DNA of 63,994 nucleotides, filler included, from Bonamia ostreae (Eukaryota): NCBI GenBank assembly GCA_040357525.1. It is 17 parts of 17 records of this genome, joined end to end, with 100 filler letters (N's around TTAATTAATTAA, not from the genome) between each part and the next. Parts side by side here need not be neighbours in the genome. Positions count along the whole stretch, not along the records: positions 34,113 to 37,786 come from JBDODL010000453.1; positions 37,887 to 41,554 come from JBDODL010000454.1; positions 41,655 to 45,312 come from JBDODL010000455.1; positions 45,413 to 49,066 come from JBDODL010000456.1; positions 49,167 to 52,820 come from JBDODL010000457.1; 12 more parts are not named here. One strand, 5' to 3'. Shown piece by piece: positions 36,980 to 50,072 of this stretch (position 1 is its first letter; each line of letters starts with the position of its first letter). The notes under the pieces were generated by a model. It saw only the letters and a program-made list of their open reading frames with translations, ran no database searches and was not told where the DNA came from. The position numbers and the translations under genes were made by a program.

Positions 36980-37786
36980 TCATCCAATCAGTCGTTTGAA
37001 AATAGGTTCGCGAGGAAATATTCCCGCAAAAACAAGAATTGATATGGCCATTATTTTGATGAGCGTATTTAAGGCCGGTCCAGAAGTGTCTTTCATCGGG
37101 TCCCCGACAGTGTCCCCAACAACCGCCGCGTAATGGACGTCTGTATTTTTACCCTTTCCTTCGCCGAGTGCTCCCGATTCGATGTACTTTTTGGAGTTGT
37201 CCCATGCTCCGCCCATGTTGTTCGAAGCGATTCCCAGAGTGATCGCCGATAGCTGTGCGGCGAAGACATATCCGGTGATCGCTCTTTCGCCCAGAACGCA
37301 TCCGACCACAACAGACGACAAAATGAGTAACAAAGGAAAAATCGTTTCTCTTTTTGGTTTACGCCATTTTAAAATCGTCAATAAATTATTAACGATTTTT
37401 CATGTAATCGATTAAAATTTGATTTACATTTTTTGCCGACATTTTTAAAAATCAATTAACAGAAATCCGAATTTACAGAACAACAACTTTGAGAATTTGC
37501 GAATTGATGAATAAAAATGAATTTACAGAAATTACGACATTTTTACAGAAATCGATTTTACATTTGATTATTAAAGGACATCGAATTAAAAAGCGACAAA
37601 AAGTTTAAGCGATGTCTCGTTTATTTTAATGAAAATCGGAATAAAGAAATGTCTTGTTAAAACCCCAAAGAAGCTTCAGTAGCGACTTTGATGCATTTAT
37701 CGTAATCGGGTTCCTCTTCTCCGCTCAAAATTTTCCCGTTCTGAAACTGTCTGCGAACTTCAAGAACCATTTGCCCGGCGGCATAA
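36980..37786 (-). CDS. Membrane H+-translocating pyrophosphatase, C-terminal part; intron ~37350-37662
   Basis: EVRRQF, PDYDKC, GGAWDNSKKYIE, AAVVGDTVGDPMKDTSGPALN. Confidence 0.93.
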
Positions 37787-38039
37787 NNNNNNNNNNNNNN
37801 NNNNNNNNNNNNNNNNNNNNNNNNNNNNNNTTAATTAATTAANNNNNNNNNNNNNNNNNNNNNNNNNNNNNNNNNNNNNNNNNNNNGAAGACATGTCGTT
37901 TTCGAAGATATGTCGTTTTGGGATTTTAACAGATAAAATTAGAAGAATCAAAATTGTGTTTATATTTTTTAGAGGAGAAGATTGTTTTAGAAGAGAAAAA
38001 TTATTTTAACAAAATTTGAATAAAAGTGCACTATTTTTG

Positions 38040-38603
38040 TTATGAATTCATGGGTTTGATGTTTTTAAAGACCTCAACAGCTTCTTTGTTGTTCTCGCTA
38101 ATCGATAATGGCACCGTAATTCTGAAATTTTGCGGGCCATAAATATTGTAAATATGAATTGGTCTTTGGATTGTGATTTTGCTCTTCAGATCTTTCACTT
38201 TAAATTCGTATTTTTTTTCTCTTTCGAATTTCAAAATGTGGTTTTGAAAGTCGCTTTTGAAAATTCCGGGAGGGCGGACCAGTAAGACTTTTATAATTCT
38301 CTTCGGTGGAAGAAGGGCCACAAAGGCGGTTGTGATCGTCATGAAAAGGACGAGGGCATCGAAGACCAACATGAATTTGCCCGAAAGAACGTCCAGGTTG
38401 TATCTTAGAAGAAAGTACATTCCAAAACTACCCAGAACCAAAAAGGGATATCGTATGTTGTGTTCAAAGAGCTCAACTTTTTTCTCCCATTTTTGCTGTT
38501 CTAGATTTGGCGTTTTTGCGATCGGTTTCTCTTTTGTGAAGAAACGAATGTTTAGTCGAAATCTGGTTTTTTTGGATAGCAATCTGAAATTTTTAGAAAG
38601 CAT
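38040..38603 (-). CDS. Hypothetical 2-TM protein with mitochondrial-like presequence (paralogue 1)
   Basis: Basic MLSKNFRLLSKKTRFRLNIRFF; two hydrophobic segments. Confidence 0.65.
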   Translation of the reverse strand: MLSKNFRLLSKKTRFRLNIRFFTKEKPIAKTPNLEQQKWEKKVELFEHNIRYPFLVLGSFGMYFLLRYNLDVLSGKFMLVFDALVLFMTITTAFVALLPPKRIIKVLLVRPPGIFKSDFQNHILKFEREKKYEFKVKDLKSKITIQRPIHIYNIYGPQNFRITVPLSISENNKEAVEVFKNIKPMNS

Positions 38604-39314
38604 TTTTAGAGAATCGGAATATAAAGTTTTGTAAATTTAGTTTTACAAACTAAGTTGAAACTCTAAATTTTAAGATTGTCGGTCTAAAAATTAATTGCCA
38701 AATTTATAATTTGAATTAATTATTTATAATTTATAATTTTGTAATAAAATGAACTAAATTTTATTTAAAATTAAACTAAATTTCATTACATTTTGTAATA
38801 AATTTTGTTTCAGATTATCGACTTTCATTTTATTTTTTCAATGAACAGAATAACGAAACAACGAAAAATAACGACATATCTTTGAATACGAAGCGTCATT
38901 AAATGTAAAGTGGAGAGATTTGATTAAATCTTTATAAAAATTAACTGTTAATGCGATTAAAAATGATTACAAAATATGAAAAAAACATTTTGTTATGGTT
39001 AAAAACATTAAATTTTGAGAACGAACATCTCCGACATTCGAGATATTTTAATTGACAGACAATCTGTGATATTTCCTGAAAGCGAAATCTGTATTGTTAT
39101 TTAGAAAAGTTTCATACCTTACTATAAATTGCTAATGCACGGTCAGATTAGACCGCAAAACTATTTCATTGCGATATTGGTATTCGAGAATGAGATAAAA
39201 TTTTAAAGAAATGTTTGAAGAAAATTATTTTATGAATGTTTGAAGCCAAATTGCTTTAAAAGTGATTGGAAAATTGTTTTTGAAGAAACACAATGAATAA
39301 AATTGCAATATTAT

Positions 39315-39937
39315 TTATTTTTGCATATTTGGATTTTTGTTCATCTCACTCATTTTTTCTAAAAAATCGATTCCTTTTTTTGCGCTTTCGGTATCCTTGA
39401 CCCGGGCAACAAAAAACTCTCTATTGGGACCCCTAAATGCAAAATATCTAACATTCAGAGAATTGCCCTTTGTTATTTTCAGATCTTTTATATTAAAATT
39501 AAATTTCATCGATTTCTTTTGTAATCTTTAACATTTGAAGAAATAACATTAATTTGTGATTTCGAAAGTCGTTTTTGTTGACATTTAATGGTTTCAAGAG
39601 ATAAATCTGGTTAACGGTGTTAGCACGGCGGTAAAAACTGAAGAGCACAACAAATGTGAAAAAAGATGCAGCGGCGTAATCAATAAAATTGCTTTTTATA
39701 TTTTCGAAATCGCGGACCATTTTTCGATAAAGAAGAAAAAGAGATGAAGAAAATATGGCAAAATATAGACCATTATTTTTAAGGTGGATATCATCTTTTC
39801 CGATTAACAACTACTTTAAAAAAATAAACTGTTTCGTTTCCGCCATTTTGGAGTTTGGCGTTTTCGTTGTTAAAGAAACGTCTAAAATTTTTAAATCGAT
39901 TTAATTTTGACGCGATTTTAAATTTTCTAGCCAACAT
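39315..39937 (-). CDS. Hypothetical 2-TM protein with mitochondrial-like presequence (paralogue 2, spliced)
   Basis: MLARKFKIASKLNRFKNFRRFF; KNDFRNHKL / FNIKDLK / FRGP parallel KSDFQNHIL / FKVKDLK / IYGP. Confidence 0.6.
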
Positions 39938-40311
39938 TAACATTTTTGTTATTAACAAATTTTTATAAAATTATAAACCAGAAAAAATCGTAAAAAACAA
40001 AATCGTTTTCACAAAATTTAATTTTAGTTAATTTTATTCTTCTTCCGCTCTTAATTTTATCCTTCTCTGATATTTCCTTAATTCTTTTTATAAAATAAAT
40101 GCGGCATTGTCATTGATTTTCTTTAAATATTTTTCAATTCTTCTAATTTTTAAGGTAAAATTTCTTGAAGTAAATATTTATCAATTGTTTTTGTCTTCAA
40201 TGAAACAGAATTGGGGAAATATTTTTGGGCAAATATTTCCAGAAAAATTGATAATAATAAAATTGCCAAATTATCGCTTTTTTAGCAAAATTTTGCACAA
40301 AATTTTTTTAA

Positions 40312-41469
40312 ATGAGCACTAATCCATCTATTTCATCGTTAAATGATTTTTTTACCCAAAAAATGTCTGAGAACAGCGCAAACCTTTCATCTCAAAACAA
40401 ATTGGATAAAGTGGCAAAAACCAAATTGCTCAAAGAGCGATATCCGATTGAGCCTGTCGCTGGATTTTCAAATGTAAACCGTTTTCATAAAAAAGGTGTA
40501 CATGAGCGTTGTATCAAAACCGCGTTCTTCTAAAATCGGAATGGCTTATTACGATCTGTCGGACGAAACATTGTATTGCGGTGAATTCAAAAATCTCGAC
40601 GACATTAATATCTGTTTTGATCTAAATCAACATAAATTAATTTTTGGGACTAAAAAATTTTCAAATTTAGTTAAATATCGATTAATGCCGTTGGCCATAA
40701 CAACATTTGCCAAAAAATTTGATAATCTGTACCAACAACTTCAATTTAATGAAACCAACGAAAACGTACTTTTCAATGTTATGACGATGCCTCGATCGCT
40801 GTTTAGTGTCAACAACGCTAAATCAGAATTGAGGAAAATGGAAGTTAGAGACTTTCCCTACAAAACAAGAAACGAAATCGAAACAAATTTGGCTCACCGT
40901 TCTCTTCTCGATTTCGAGAAGATTGAAATGGTTTCCGCTGTTGGAGGATTGTTGGCATATCTTTTTAATCACAGAATTTTTAACCAACTCGAAGATGAAC
41001 AAGAAATCGTTTCTATCAAAAGTATTCGTTATGTAAAAGGGTTGTTATTCGAGAAAATAAATTGCTATAAACTGCTGTTATAAGAAAAATGGCGATAAAA
41101 TTTTCTAAAAATGGCGATTTTTGGAATAGAATTGTCGATAAAAATCGCAATAAAATTGCCAAAATTAAAATTTTAATAAATTGACAATGAAAAAGAGATG
41201 ATGTAGTAATGGTTGATAAAAATAGTTTAAGAAGCCTTTCCATTTTCGTTTGTTCTAAAATAAAAATTTTAATTATAATTTAAAAATGGTCTTCATTTAA
41301 AATTACAAATTCTTATTAAAAAAATTTATATTTTTATAGTCGACTGATTTTCATCCATCAATTTCAGGTTGTGAATCCAAGAAAGAAGGAATAAGTCTGT
41401 TTTCGTATTTAGACAAAACGCAGACGAAATCAGGACGTCAGCTATTACGAGAATGGATTCTTTATCCAA
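40312..41469 (+). CDS. MSH5: MutS homologue 5, N-terminal half (3' truncated)
   Basis: KIGMAYYD, VSAVGGLLAYL, MVDKNSLRSLSIF, FHPS..KEGISLFSYLDKT..GRQLLREWILYP. Confidence 0.8.
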
Positions 41470-41654
41470 GTTTTTGGATAAAACTTCAAATTTATTAAAA
41501 AAAATTTGCAAATTTTAATAATTGCAATAAAGGCGAAAAACAAAACAACAAAAANNNNNNNNNNNNNNNNNNNNNNNNNNNNNNNNNNNNNNNNNNNNTT
41601 AATTAATTAANNNNNNNNNNNNNNNNNNNNNNNNNNNNNNNNNNNNNNNNNNNN

Positions 41655-44600
41655 GAAGTCTTAGTAAAAATTTAAACGAATTAAAAAACCTTATAAACAT
41701 CAAAAAACCTGACATCGTTTTTATTCAAGAAACGTGGTTAAAAAGTAATCATAACTTCAGAATAAAAGGATACACATTGTATGAAAAACAGAGAAAATAT
41801 AAAATTGGTGGTGGACTGTTATCACTTGTTAAAAAAATATATATTCAAGTCCAATAAACTTGAGTCATTTAAATATTGCAAATGAATGTAATTTTGAAAT
41901 ACAAGGAATAAGGATCAGTATGAAAAACAACAAAAATATAAAGTTGTTTAATACCTATGTATTCCCGAACAAAATTACAAAATTTGAAGAATTGTTCATT
42001 GATATAGGATTTGATGAATTTTCAATTATTTTAGAAGACTTTAACTCAAAACATAATACATGGTCGAAAAGTAAAAATAACAAAAATGGTCTAGCATTAT
42101 ATAAAACTTCGCTAAATAAAAAACTTAAAAACCATGTTAATAAAATAGTAACATTGACAAATAATTTTAACGAAACCTCTACAGTAGATTTAATTATTAC
42201 AAAAATTCAAACTCCTCTGAAAATTTTAAATGTCAAAAATCTTGAATATATTGGTAGTGTTCATGTTCCATTACAATTCGATCTATCTTGTTGTGAAGTT
42301 GTTAAAGAACCATTAAAAACAATAATCTGTTGGAAAAATGTTAACATAAAAAAATATAATGAAATTCTTGAAAATAACTTAATTGATTTTTTAAAATTTT
42401 GCACAAATTGTAAAAACACAATTGAAATTTTTGATAAGCTGCAAAATATATATAAATTAGCAGTAGATAAATGTTGCAAAAGAAAAAATTTAAAATCTTT
42501 TGTAAACAATGGAAATGTATGGTGGAATGAAACCATTAAAAGAGAAATTAAATTTCGAAATAAATTGAGAAAAAAATTATCACGTACTAAAAACACTTTA
42601 AATGTAAAATTGTACTTAATGCAAGCAAAAAGAGTTAAAAATTTAATTTTAAATGAGAAGAAAAAGTATTGGACGAACATAAATAATAATAAAAACATGA
42701 ATGAAATATTTAAAACTCTTAAAAGTCTAAAAACCAAAAGAAATAATATACAAAGCATATACGTAAAATCTAAAGAAATTTTTAATAAACATGAAATATG
42801 TAATGTTATGATTGATCACTTTAAAAATGAACCAACAAAAATAATCACAAATCTAAATATAAAAAGTAAATTCAACGAACTAAAAAGAAAAAAATACATT
42901 AATAGTTTCAAAAAGAATGATTTGATAAAAATGGAATGTGAAATTTTAAAATTTAACGAGATAAAATATGTCTTGGATAAATTAAATATTAAAAAGTCTC
43001 CTGGAATAGATTTTATTACACAAATAATGTTTGTAAATGCTAAAAAAATTTCTTGTATTTATTTGTATATATTGTTTGAAAAAATTTTAAAATATGGTAC
43101 ACCAAAAATTTTTAATACAGCTAAAATAATAGCAATACCAAAAACAACTGAAAATAGTATAGATATAAACAAATTAAGACCAATATCCTTGTTATCAATT
43201 ACAAGTAAAATATTAGAAAACATAATGTTGGACAAATTAAAAAAACATGTCTACAAAAAAAACATAATATCAAATAATCAAAATGGATTAATGAAAAATA
43301 AAAGTACATTAAACAATATAATAAAACTAAACGAAAAAATGTTCGAAACATTTAAAAATAAAAAATCAATGTGCATTGTAATTCTAGATTTAGAAAAAGC
43401 ATATGATACTGTAAACAGAAATGTACTTATAGAAATACTAAAAGTTCTGAAACTAGATGATATACTGTTAAAATATCTTACTAGTTTTTTGAGTAAAAGA
43501 TATGCAACTGTTTACCACAATAACAATTACAGTGAATTAAAAGAATTTAATATTGGACTTCCACAAGGTAGTCCATTGTCCCCAATTCTCTTTAACATAT
43601 ATATTAATCAGATTTTAAAACCTTTGAACAGTGAAATAGTAATAAGAGCATTTGCGGATGATATCTTCCTGTATTATATTAACAAAGATGAAAATAAAAT
43701 AATAAAAGTATTAAATAAGGAATTGAAAACTATTTTAAACAAAACTAACGCATTAAATTTGAAATTTTCTGTTAATAAATCAGTAGCAATGTTTGTGTCC
43801 AATGTAAAAAAAGTACCTAAATATAAAATCAAAATGTATAACAAAAGTATAAACTATGTAAATGAAATTAAATACCTAGGTGTCACTTTCGACAATCGTT
43901 TAAAATTCGACCGGTTTGTATCATCAGTTTTGAAGAAATCAAGGAAAAGGTTGTATATTGTAAAATTGCTATCTAACAGTATTAAAGGTGCTAAAAAAAG
44001 AGTATTTAGTGAATGCATATAAAACATTTATACGATCTGTATTGGAATATGCATATCCAATTTTAATGTCACTTACAAAATCAAGGTTGAAAAAATTGGA
44101 AAGTTTTCAACATTTGGCCTTGTGTTATATTTTAAATGTGAACAAAAGAACAAGTTATATCTTGTTAGTAACTTCTTTAAATATGTTAACATAAAAAAAT
44201 AGGTATATATATCTACTAAAAAAATTGTATGACAAAAAAAGTATAGATGAACTTGAGAGTAAAAAAATATCAAACACAACATTTTATTCAAAAAAAGTAT
44301 TATTTTTGTAAAAAATCAAACATTTAAAGAAGTAAAAATAAACGAAAAGACATATGATGAAGTAAACACTAAAAAATGTATATTGTACTATCAATTTAAT
44401 ACGTATAAAAATGAAAAAATGAGTAACACTAACTTAAATGTAAAATTTTCTATTAAAATTTTTGAGATGTTTTTTATAAACAATCAAAATATATATAATA
44501 TGTTTAAGAAGCAAAACAATAAAACATTTACTAATTTTATTAAAGTTCTTTGTGGCACATTAGAGCTAAATTACTTTTTAAACTGTATATTTGTTGTAAA

Positions 44601-45181
44601 GGATGCAGAATGTAAATTTTGCAAAGCAAAAGAAACAGTTAAACATTTTTTGTTCTACTGTAAATATTATAGGGATATGAGGAAAAAAATTTTAAAAACT
44701 GTTAAATGTAAAAATGAACATTTACAAATAAATTTTATTACCAAAGAAATAAACTTATTATCCTTTATGAAATTTGTTAATACGGCGATAAAACACAGAA
44801 ATTTAAAAAAAATAGAAGAGAATAATTTAAAGATAATTCAAAAAAACAAAAAAAAAATTTTTTAAAAATATAAAAACAAATAAAAACAAAAATTAAAAAA
44901 CAAATAAAAAAAAAAAAATAAAAACAAAATAAAAATACACGATTGCACTAAAAAAGGGGATGGTCGGGGGACCTGAACCGGTATAAAAAAAAACAAAAAT
45001 CAAATAAAGAAAAAACAAAATAAAATAAAATAAAAAAAATGGAAATCGGATGAAAATGGACTGAAAAGGATATAAAAAATGATGTAAATGTTTAACGCGC
45101 CAAAAACCTTTAATGAAGTCATGGCGGCGATGGAAGCGACGGAAGAGATGGTCGAATAAATCGCATTATATATAAAAAAAA
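41655..45181 (+). mobile_element. Non-LTR retrotransposon (APE endonuclease + RT + C-terminal CCHC), disrupted copy with 3' UTR and A8 tail
   Basis: KPDIVFIQETW, DFNS, VDL, RPISLL, LDLEKAYD, GLPQGSPLSP, FADD, KYLGV, CKFC..ETVKHFLFYC; frameshifts in A-runs near 41835 and 43995, stop at 44192; AATAAA at 45155. Confidence 0.92.
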
Positions 45182-45200
45182 CCCTAACCCTAACCCTAAC
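45182..45200 (+). repeat. Telomeric-type repeat (CCCTAA)3 between two LINE copies
   Basis: ccctaaccctaaccctaac immediately after the LINE poly(A). Confidence 0.9.
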
Positions 45201-45312
45201 TTTGAGAAATTTATTCAGATAATTGAAAATAAACTGTTAAATAGTATAAATAAGATGAAATGTTGAAAATAATTTCGATTAATACAAGGTCATTAAACAA
45301 AAATTTTTATGA
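45201..45312 (+). mobile_element. 5' end of a second, related LINE (short 5' UTR plus start of APE domain)
   Basis: ATG at 45260 reads MLKIISINTRSLNKNFY, aligning with RSLSKNLNE at 41655 and the APE first-strand motif (I.S.N..SL). Confidence 0.75.
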
Positions 45313-45412
45313 NNNNNNNNNNNNNNNNNNNNNNNNNNNNNNNNNNNNNNNNNNNNTTAATTAATTAANNNNNNNNNNNNNNNNNNNNNNNNNNNNNNNN
45401 NNNNNNNNNNNN

Positions 45413-48400
45413 CTTGGTTCATATGTATGATTCATTGACTGGAGAACGTGTCCAAATGCATTCGTAACATCCATCTATAATGCAAATATGACAGCGAATC
45501 TGAAGTGTTTTTCCCGTATAGATGTTGAAATAGAGAAATGATTGACAGGAATGTGATTTGGGGACAAAACAAAGTTTAAATAAAATTCCACGGGTAGATT
45601 TGTATTCATTGAACACATAATGACTTAGATGAATTCTACGTTTAGGTTATTTAACACGGGCCTAGTGATTTAGCAAAATAAAGAGTATCGCCTAACCTGT
45701 CTCCAGTTGACAACTTCAGTGTTGGAAGATAATATTTCAAAGACACGTGGTGTTTGACCCAATACCTGAAAAAATTAAACGTTCATTTTGTTACTACATC
45801 GATGCATTCGATTAACTATCACAACAAAATAGGCATGTTTTCCCTGTTAAATTACTGTGATTTCCTAAAATGTCGTGGGAAGGATGTTTCGTGAATGTTT
45901 ACAAAACAGATTGCAGTTGGTTCGTTGATAGGAAATTTTGTTGACAGTAACTCTGTTGCATCAATGCATTGCATATAAAAATGTACATCGATGATCACTT
46001 GATTTCTGATCTTATACATAATGTACAATTACAAAAATAACGAAAATGTGTTGATGAAAATATAGGTAGAAATTAGCTTGAGATAGAAATAATTCGTTTT
46101 GTATATATTAGAAAATTTTACAAATGAACGTTTATGTGAATACGTAGAGGGGATTATAATTACCCCCGGTGGTTTCGTTTTATGACATACATGTATGTTT
46201 CGTTCACTACGAAATATCACACTTCATGTCAAACTTACACGCAACGACTTTTATTTGAACACAATTTTAAAAATATACGGAAAAAAATCCTAGTATTTAT
46301 GTAAACTCAAGGGTTATGCCGATCTACACACGTCATATGTCTTCTATGTACGTTGGCAAAGTCCGTTAAATTAGAGCATGAAATTGGAATGTTTTAATGA
46401 CAGACTGCTCTCAAAACGTTAAAAAGGGGAACTTAAACGGGATTCTGTACGCGAATCTGAAGCTTACATGTACATTGTACAAGTACCCATACCACCTCTC
46501 TGTTACCTGTGGTGTTTGTCTAGCTTTAATGGTGCTCTCGCCATGTGAAGAAATAACTTGACTCTGTATAAGTATACAAGGTACAATTAGTATTCTATAA
46601 ACAATAAACCAATAGCAAATGATGTAAAATCAAATCATTGAGATATGTAGCATTTACTTGAACCATACAGTATTTCTGAAGCATGAACATGTAATTTTCT
46701 AAATTCCCAAGTGATAAAGTTTGTAATTCTACAAGCATGTGTCTAAAACCTCACAAACGAACATGTCTTTGGAATTGGTAAATCGAAATAAATACGTGCA
46801 TTTTCATGATGTCTGCCCCTGGAAAGAAACTCATCTGCCTTCCCATTGAGAGAGATTTGATCCTGTAGTAATTGGTGACTCCATGCTAGCTTGTCAACCC
46901 TGTCTACTGGGGATGTAAACGGTCCACTAGTGTGTACCTAAATAAAGGTCTGTGTATTGTCATATTGTCAATATTGGTCAATTGTCAATATGCTGTGGAT
47001 GTTGCTCTTCCTGGGGCTCAATATCAATAGATGTTTTAGCATCTCTCGTTACGAATTTAAATTATCAAAATAGTTCCAATGAGGTAAGACCATGTCCACA
47101 AATCAAAACAAAACGAAATTGAAACATTGCACTCATACTAAAATATTGTTTGTATACAGTCTGAGCACATGTTCGAAATGATAAAATTACAATGGCCCAA
47201 TCAAAACACATACCATGACTCTGTTTTTCATTTGTTTCGTTACAACTGTTTCATTCTTTTCTTCTTGAACGTGGGGACGTTTTGTAATGCCGGGGTCGCT
47301 CGTTTTGGAAGCAGGATTTTGCTGACTGTTATTGTTTCGATGGTGGCTAACTTCAAAACCAGTCCTTCGTTTCTTAAGTTAAGACACACATTGGTAATTG
47401 TTATAAAATAAGTAGACTACACTAGTGAATAAACGTAATTATTTGTAATGCACCTATATTGAAAGGAGATGGTTAAATGTCATGACCGTCGTTATGTTCT
47501 AATGTTGACTTAGATAAAATAAAACTACACCCGCTAATCCCCATGGAAACCTCAGATATATTTATCATGCCAACCAACGGTGGAGATTTGAACATAAATG
47601 TCTAAAACATTCTACGTTATTGTTGAGGAATCAAATATAGATTCCTTTCGTAACTTTTAACTCCAAAACCCAATTACCAGGACCACCAAGAACACGAAAT
47701 GGAGTTAAAACCTTCCACGTCATTGCTGAGTTTTAACGAAAGAAAACATTCCATTTAACCTTTGACCCAGAGAATAATTTGTGAAAGTTTTTCATTATTG
47801 TAAGTACGTGCAATTTAGGTCGAAATATCCCTCCGGAAGCTCTTGTCAGTTACCGAGATTATGCCCTTTAACCTCCATGTCCCATTAAGATTTTTATCAA
47901 ACGAACGCATGGTGCTGATCATTATAAAAACACATATAAAGTTCATACTATTCTATAGTTAATATTAAGAAACAAAACATGCATTTTTAGTACTGTTGAG
48001 CCTCTCCCTTTGGATACATATCATGATAAGCTTTTAAATTTTTTAAAATGGAATTAAGAGCGAAATTTGACTGCCCACTGGAAATGTAAATTTCGTAAAA
48101 TCGCGAAAGATGTGAAAATGCGAATAATCATGCAGTATTACTGCACTTACATATTCTGGAGAACGAACGTGATTTTTTATATCGGGTAAGGACGATCCAG
48201 CAGCATTTGAATGTGGTGTTCTATAAATTGTTTGCAATCCTTGTATTGTAACAGAATGGCACACATTACCAGTACATGGAGACTGAAATAAAATTAAATA
48301 AACGTGCATTATATCAAAGAAAACTACTTTTTGTTTTAAGAAATAAAGTTTTACAACAGTATATGTGGCTTTCATTCTCACCTTTTCATTTTCTTCCCTT

Positions 48401-49046
48401 TTCACTCCACTTTGCCGATTTCTTCCAAATGAATGCACACCCGCTCTGTTTGAGTTTGTCTATCGTAGTAATCATGAAAATAACAATAAGAGGCCCATGG
48501 ATCACATCGCTNNNNNNNNNNCAAACAGGTACCGACATAACTGAGCTTGAACTCACACAACTTGGGTGTCCTCTATATTAATATGACTTATTTGACATTG
48601 CTATTCTCGAGAATAGATATTTTCAAAAGATTATTTTTTCAAGTATCGATGCATTATATTAATACTGATCCACCCTAACCCCAGACTTATGATCTGAATA
48701 AAATGAAAAACATAAATACATATGCAAATAAGGAAGTTTTAAAAAATAATTCGTTTCAAATAATTTCCTGTATACTCAGTATTCCAAAATAAAACCTCGA
48801 TCCCCAAGGCCAAATTTGAATTTGAAATACAATAAAATGCTTACATATTAATGACTAATTATGACTCTATTGTATTTGGGAAGAAGAATTAAAAAAAATG
48901 TGTACCCATACTTTCCCATGTAAATCTTTGATCCTCTTTTTCGACCTAAATCTCTGCTGAGATTCGGCTGGGTTGGGTGTTTGTATATTGTTTTTCGTGT
49001 TGGTTGTGAATTTTTCTCTCTTGGAGATGTCTCGTTTGATGGTGTA
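45413..49046. other. Probable host (oyster-like) contig
   Basis: Gene-free; many acatgt/catgta motifs; aagaggcccatggatcacatcgct near 48488 resembles an abundant oyster repeat terminus (from recall). Confidence 0.65.
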
Positions 49047-49326
49047 TGGGTGGAGATTTTAGGCCTNNNNNNNNNNNNNNNNNNNNNNNNNNNNNNNNNN
49101 NNNNNNNNNNTTAATTAATTAANNNNNNNNNNNNNNNNNNNNNNNNNNNNNNNNNNNNNNNNNNNNAAATTTATCGTTTTGCCGTTTTTCTTAATTATTT
49201 TTGCGATTATTTTGTCTTTTTATAAAAAAGATGAATGCCTAAATACATAAATGTACATATTTATAGACGAAAATACTGGTAAATAATACAGGGAAGCAAA
49301 AATATTCTTAGAAAAAATAATGAAAC

Positions 49327-49765
49327 CGGAAAAGAAACTGTGCGCAATCAACCCGCACGGATATAAATACTTCCCATTTGGACCTCTTGTTAAGGGATAG
49401 CAACCATTAACAGTTTCGACGCCTTTCATTTGTGCTTCACTGATTGAAGAAATATATTCCTTGTAATTTTGGTAAAAATGTTGTATTTTGTAGTATACAC
49501 ATAAGGGAAATTTTAATTTTTTGTCGATTTTTATTGTCACATCACATACTTTACCAAAATCAGGTTTTGACGTAATTTCAATGTTACATTTTTTGATGTT
49601 ATCATATCTGATTGAATATATAGTTGGTTTAAAACAAAAATTCATCAAAATTCCAATTAACAAAGAAATCGAAAAGACAGAAAATAGAACTGCGTTTAAA
49701 AGGAATGGCGTTATAATTGGGTTTATTAAAATTCGATGTTTTTGTTGAAGGAAGTTTTTAGACAT
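49327..49765 (-). CDS. CDC50: CDC50/LEM3 flippase beta subunit, first exon (3' truncated)
   Basis: FLQQK, VYYKIQHFYQN, CYPL, YPCGLIAHSFF. Confidence 0.85.
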
Positions 49766-50072
49766 TTTCGGTTTATGCTGAATATGTACATCGTAAGATT
49801 TTTTGCAACAATATTCTTGAACATAATTTGTCTAAACATTCCAACTGGTACAATTAAATTTTTCAATTTGAAAAATTATTCATATAAACTGAAAATCTTT
49901 AAAATCGGGTCTCTTTATAACCGGATGGCCGTTCTGGTAAATCAATTCCAATCGATAAATTTTTTCTTTGGTTTGATTCATTTTTTTATAACCATGATTT
50001 TAAAAAATTGCTTTTTTATCATTAAATAAATTGAAATTATTTTTCGTTTTACACAAAAAAGTAAGAAAAAAT

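Noticed and set aside
48672-48681. accctaaccc as telomeric sequence
   Set aside because: Under two units, in a probable host contig; chance
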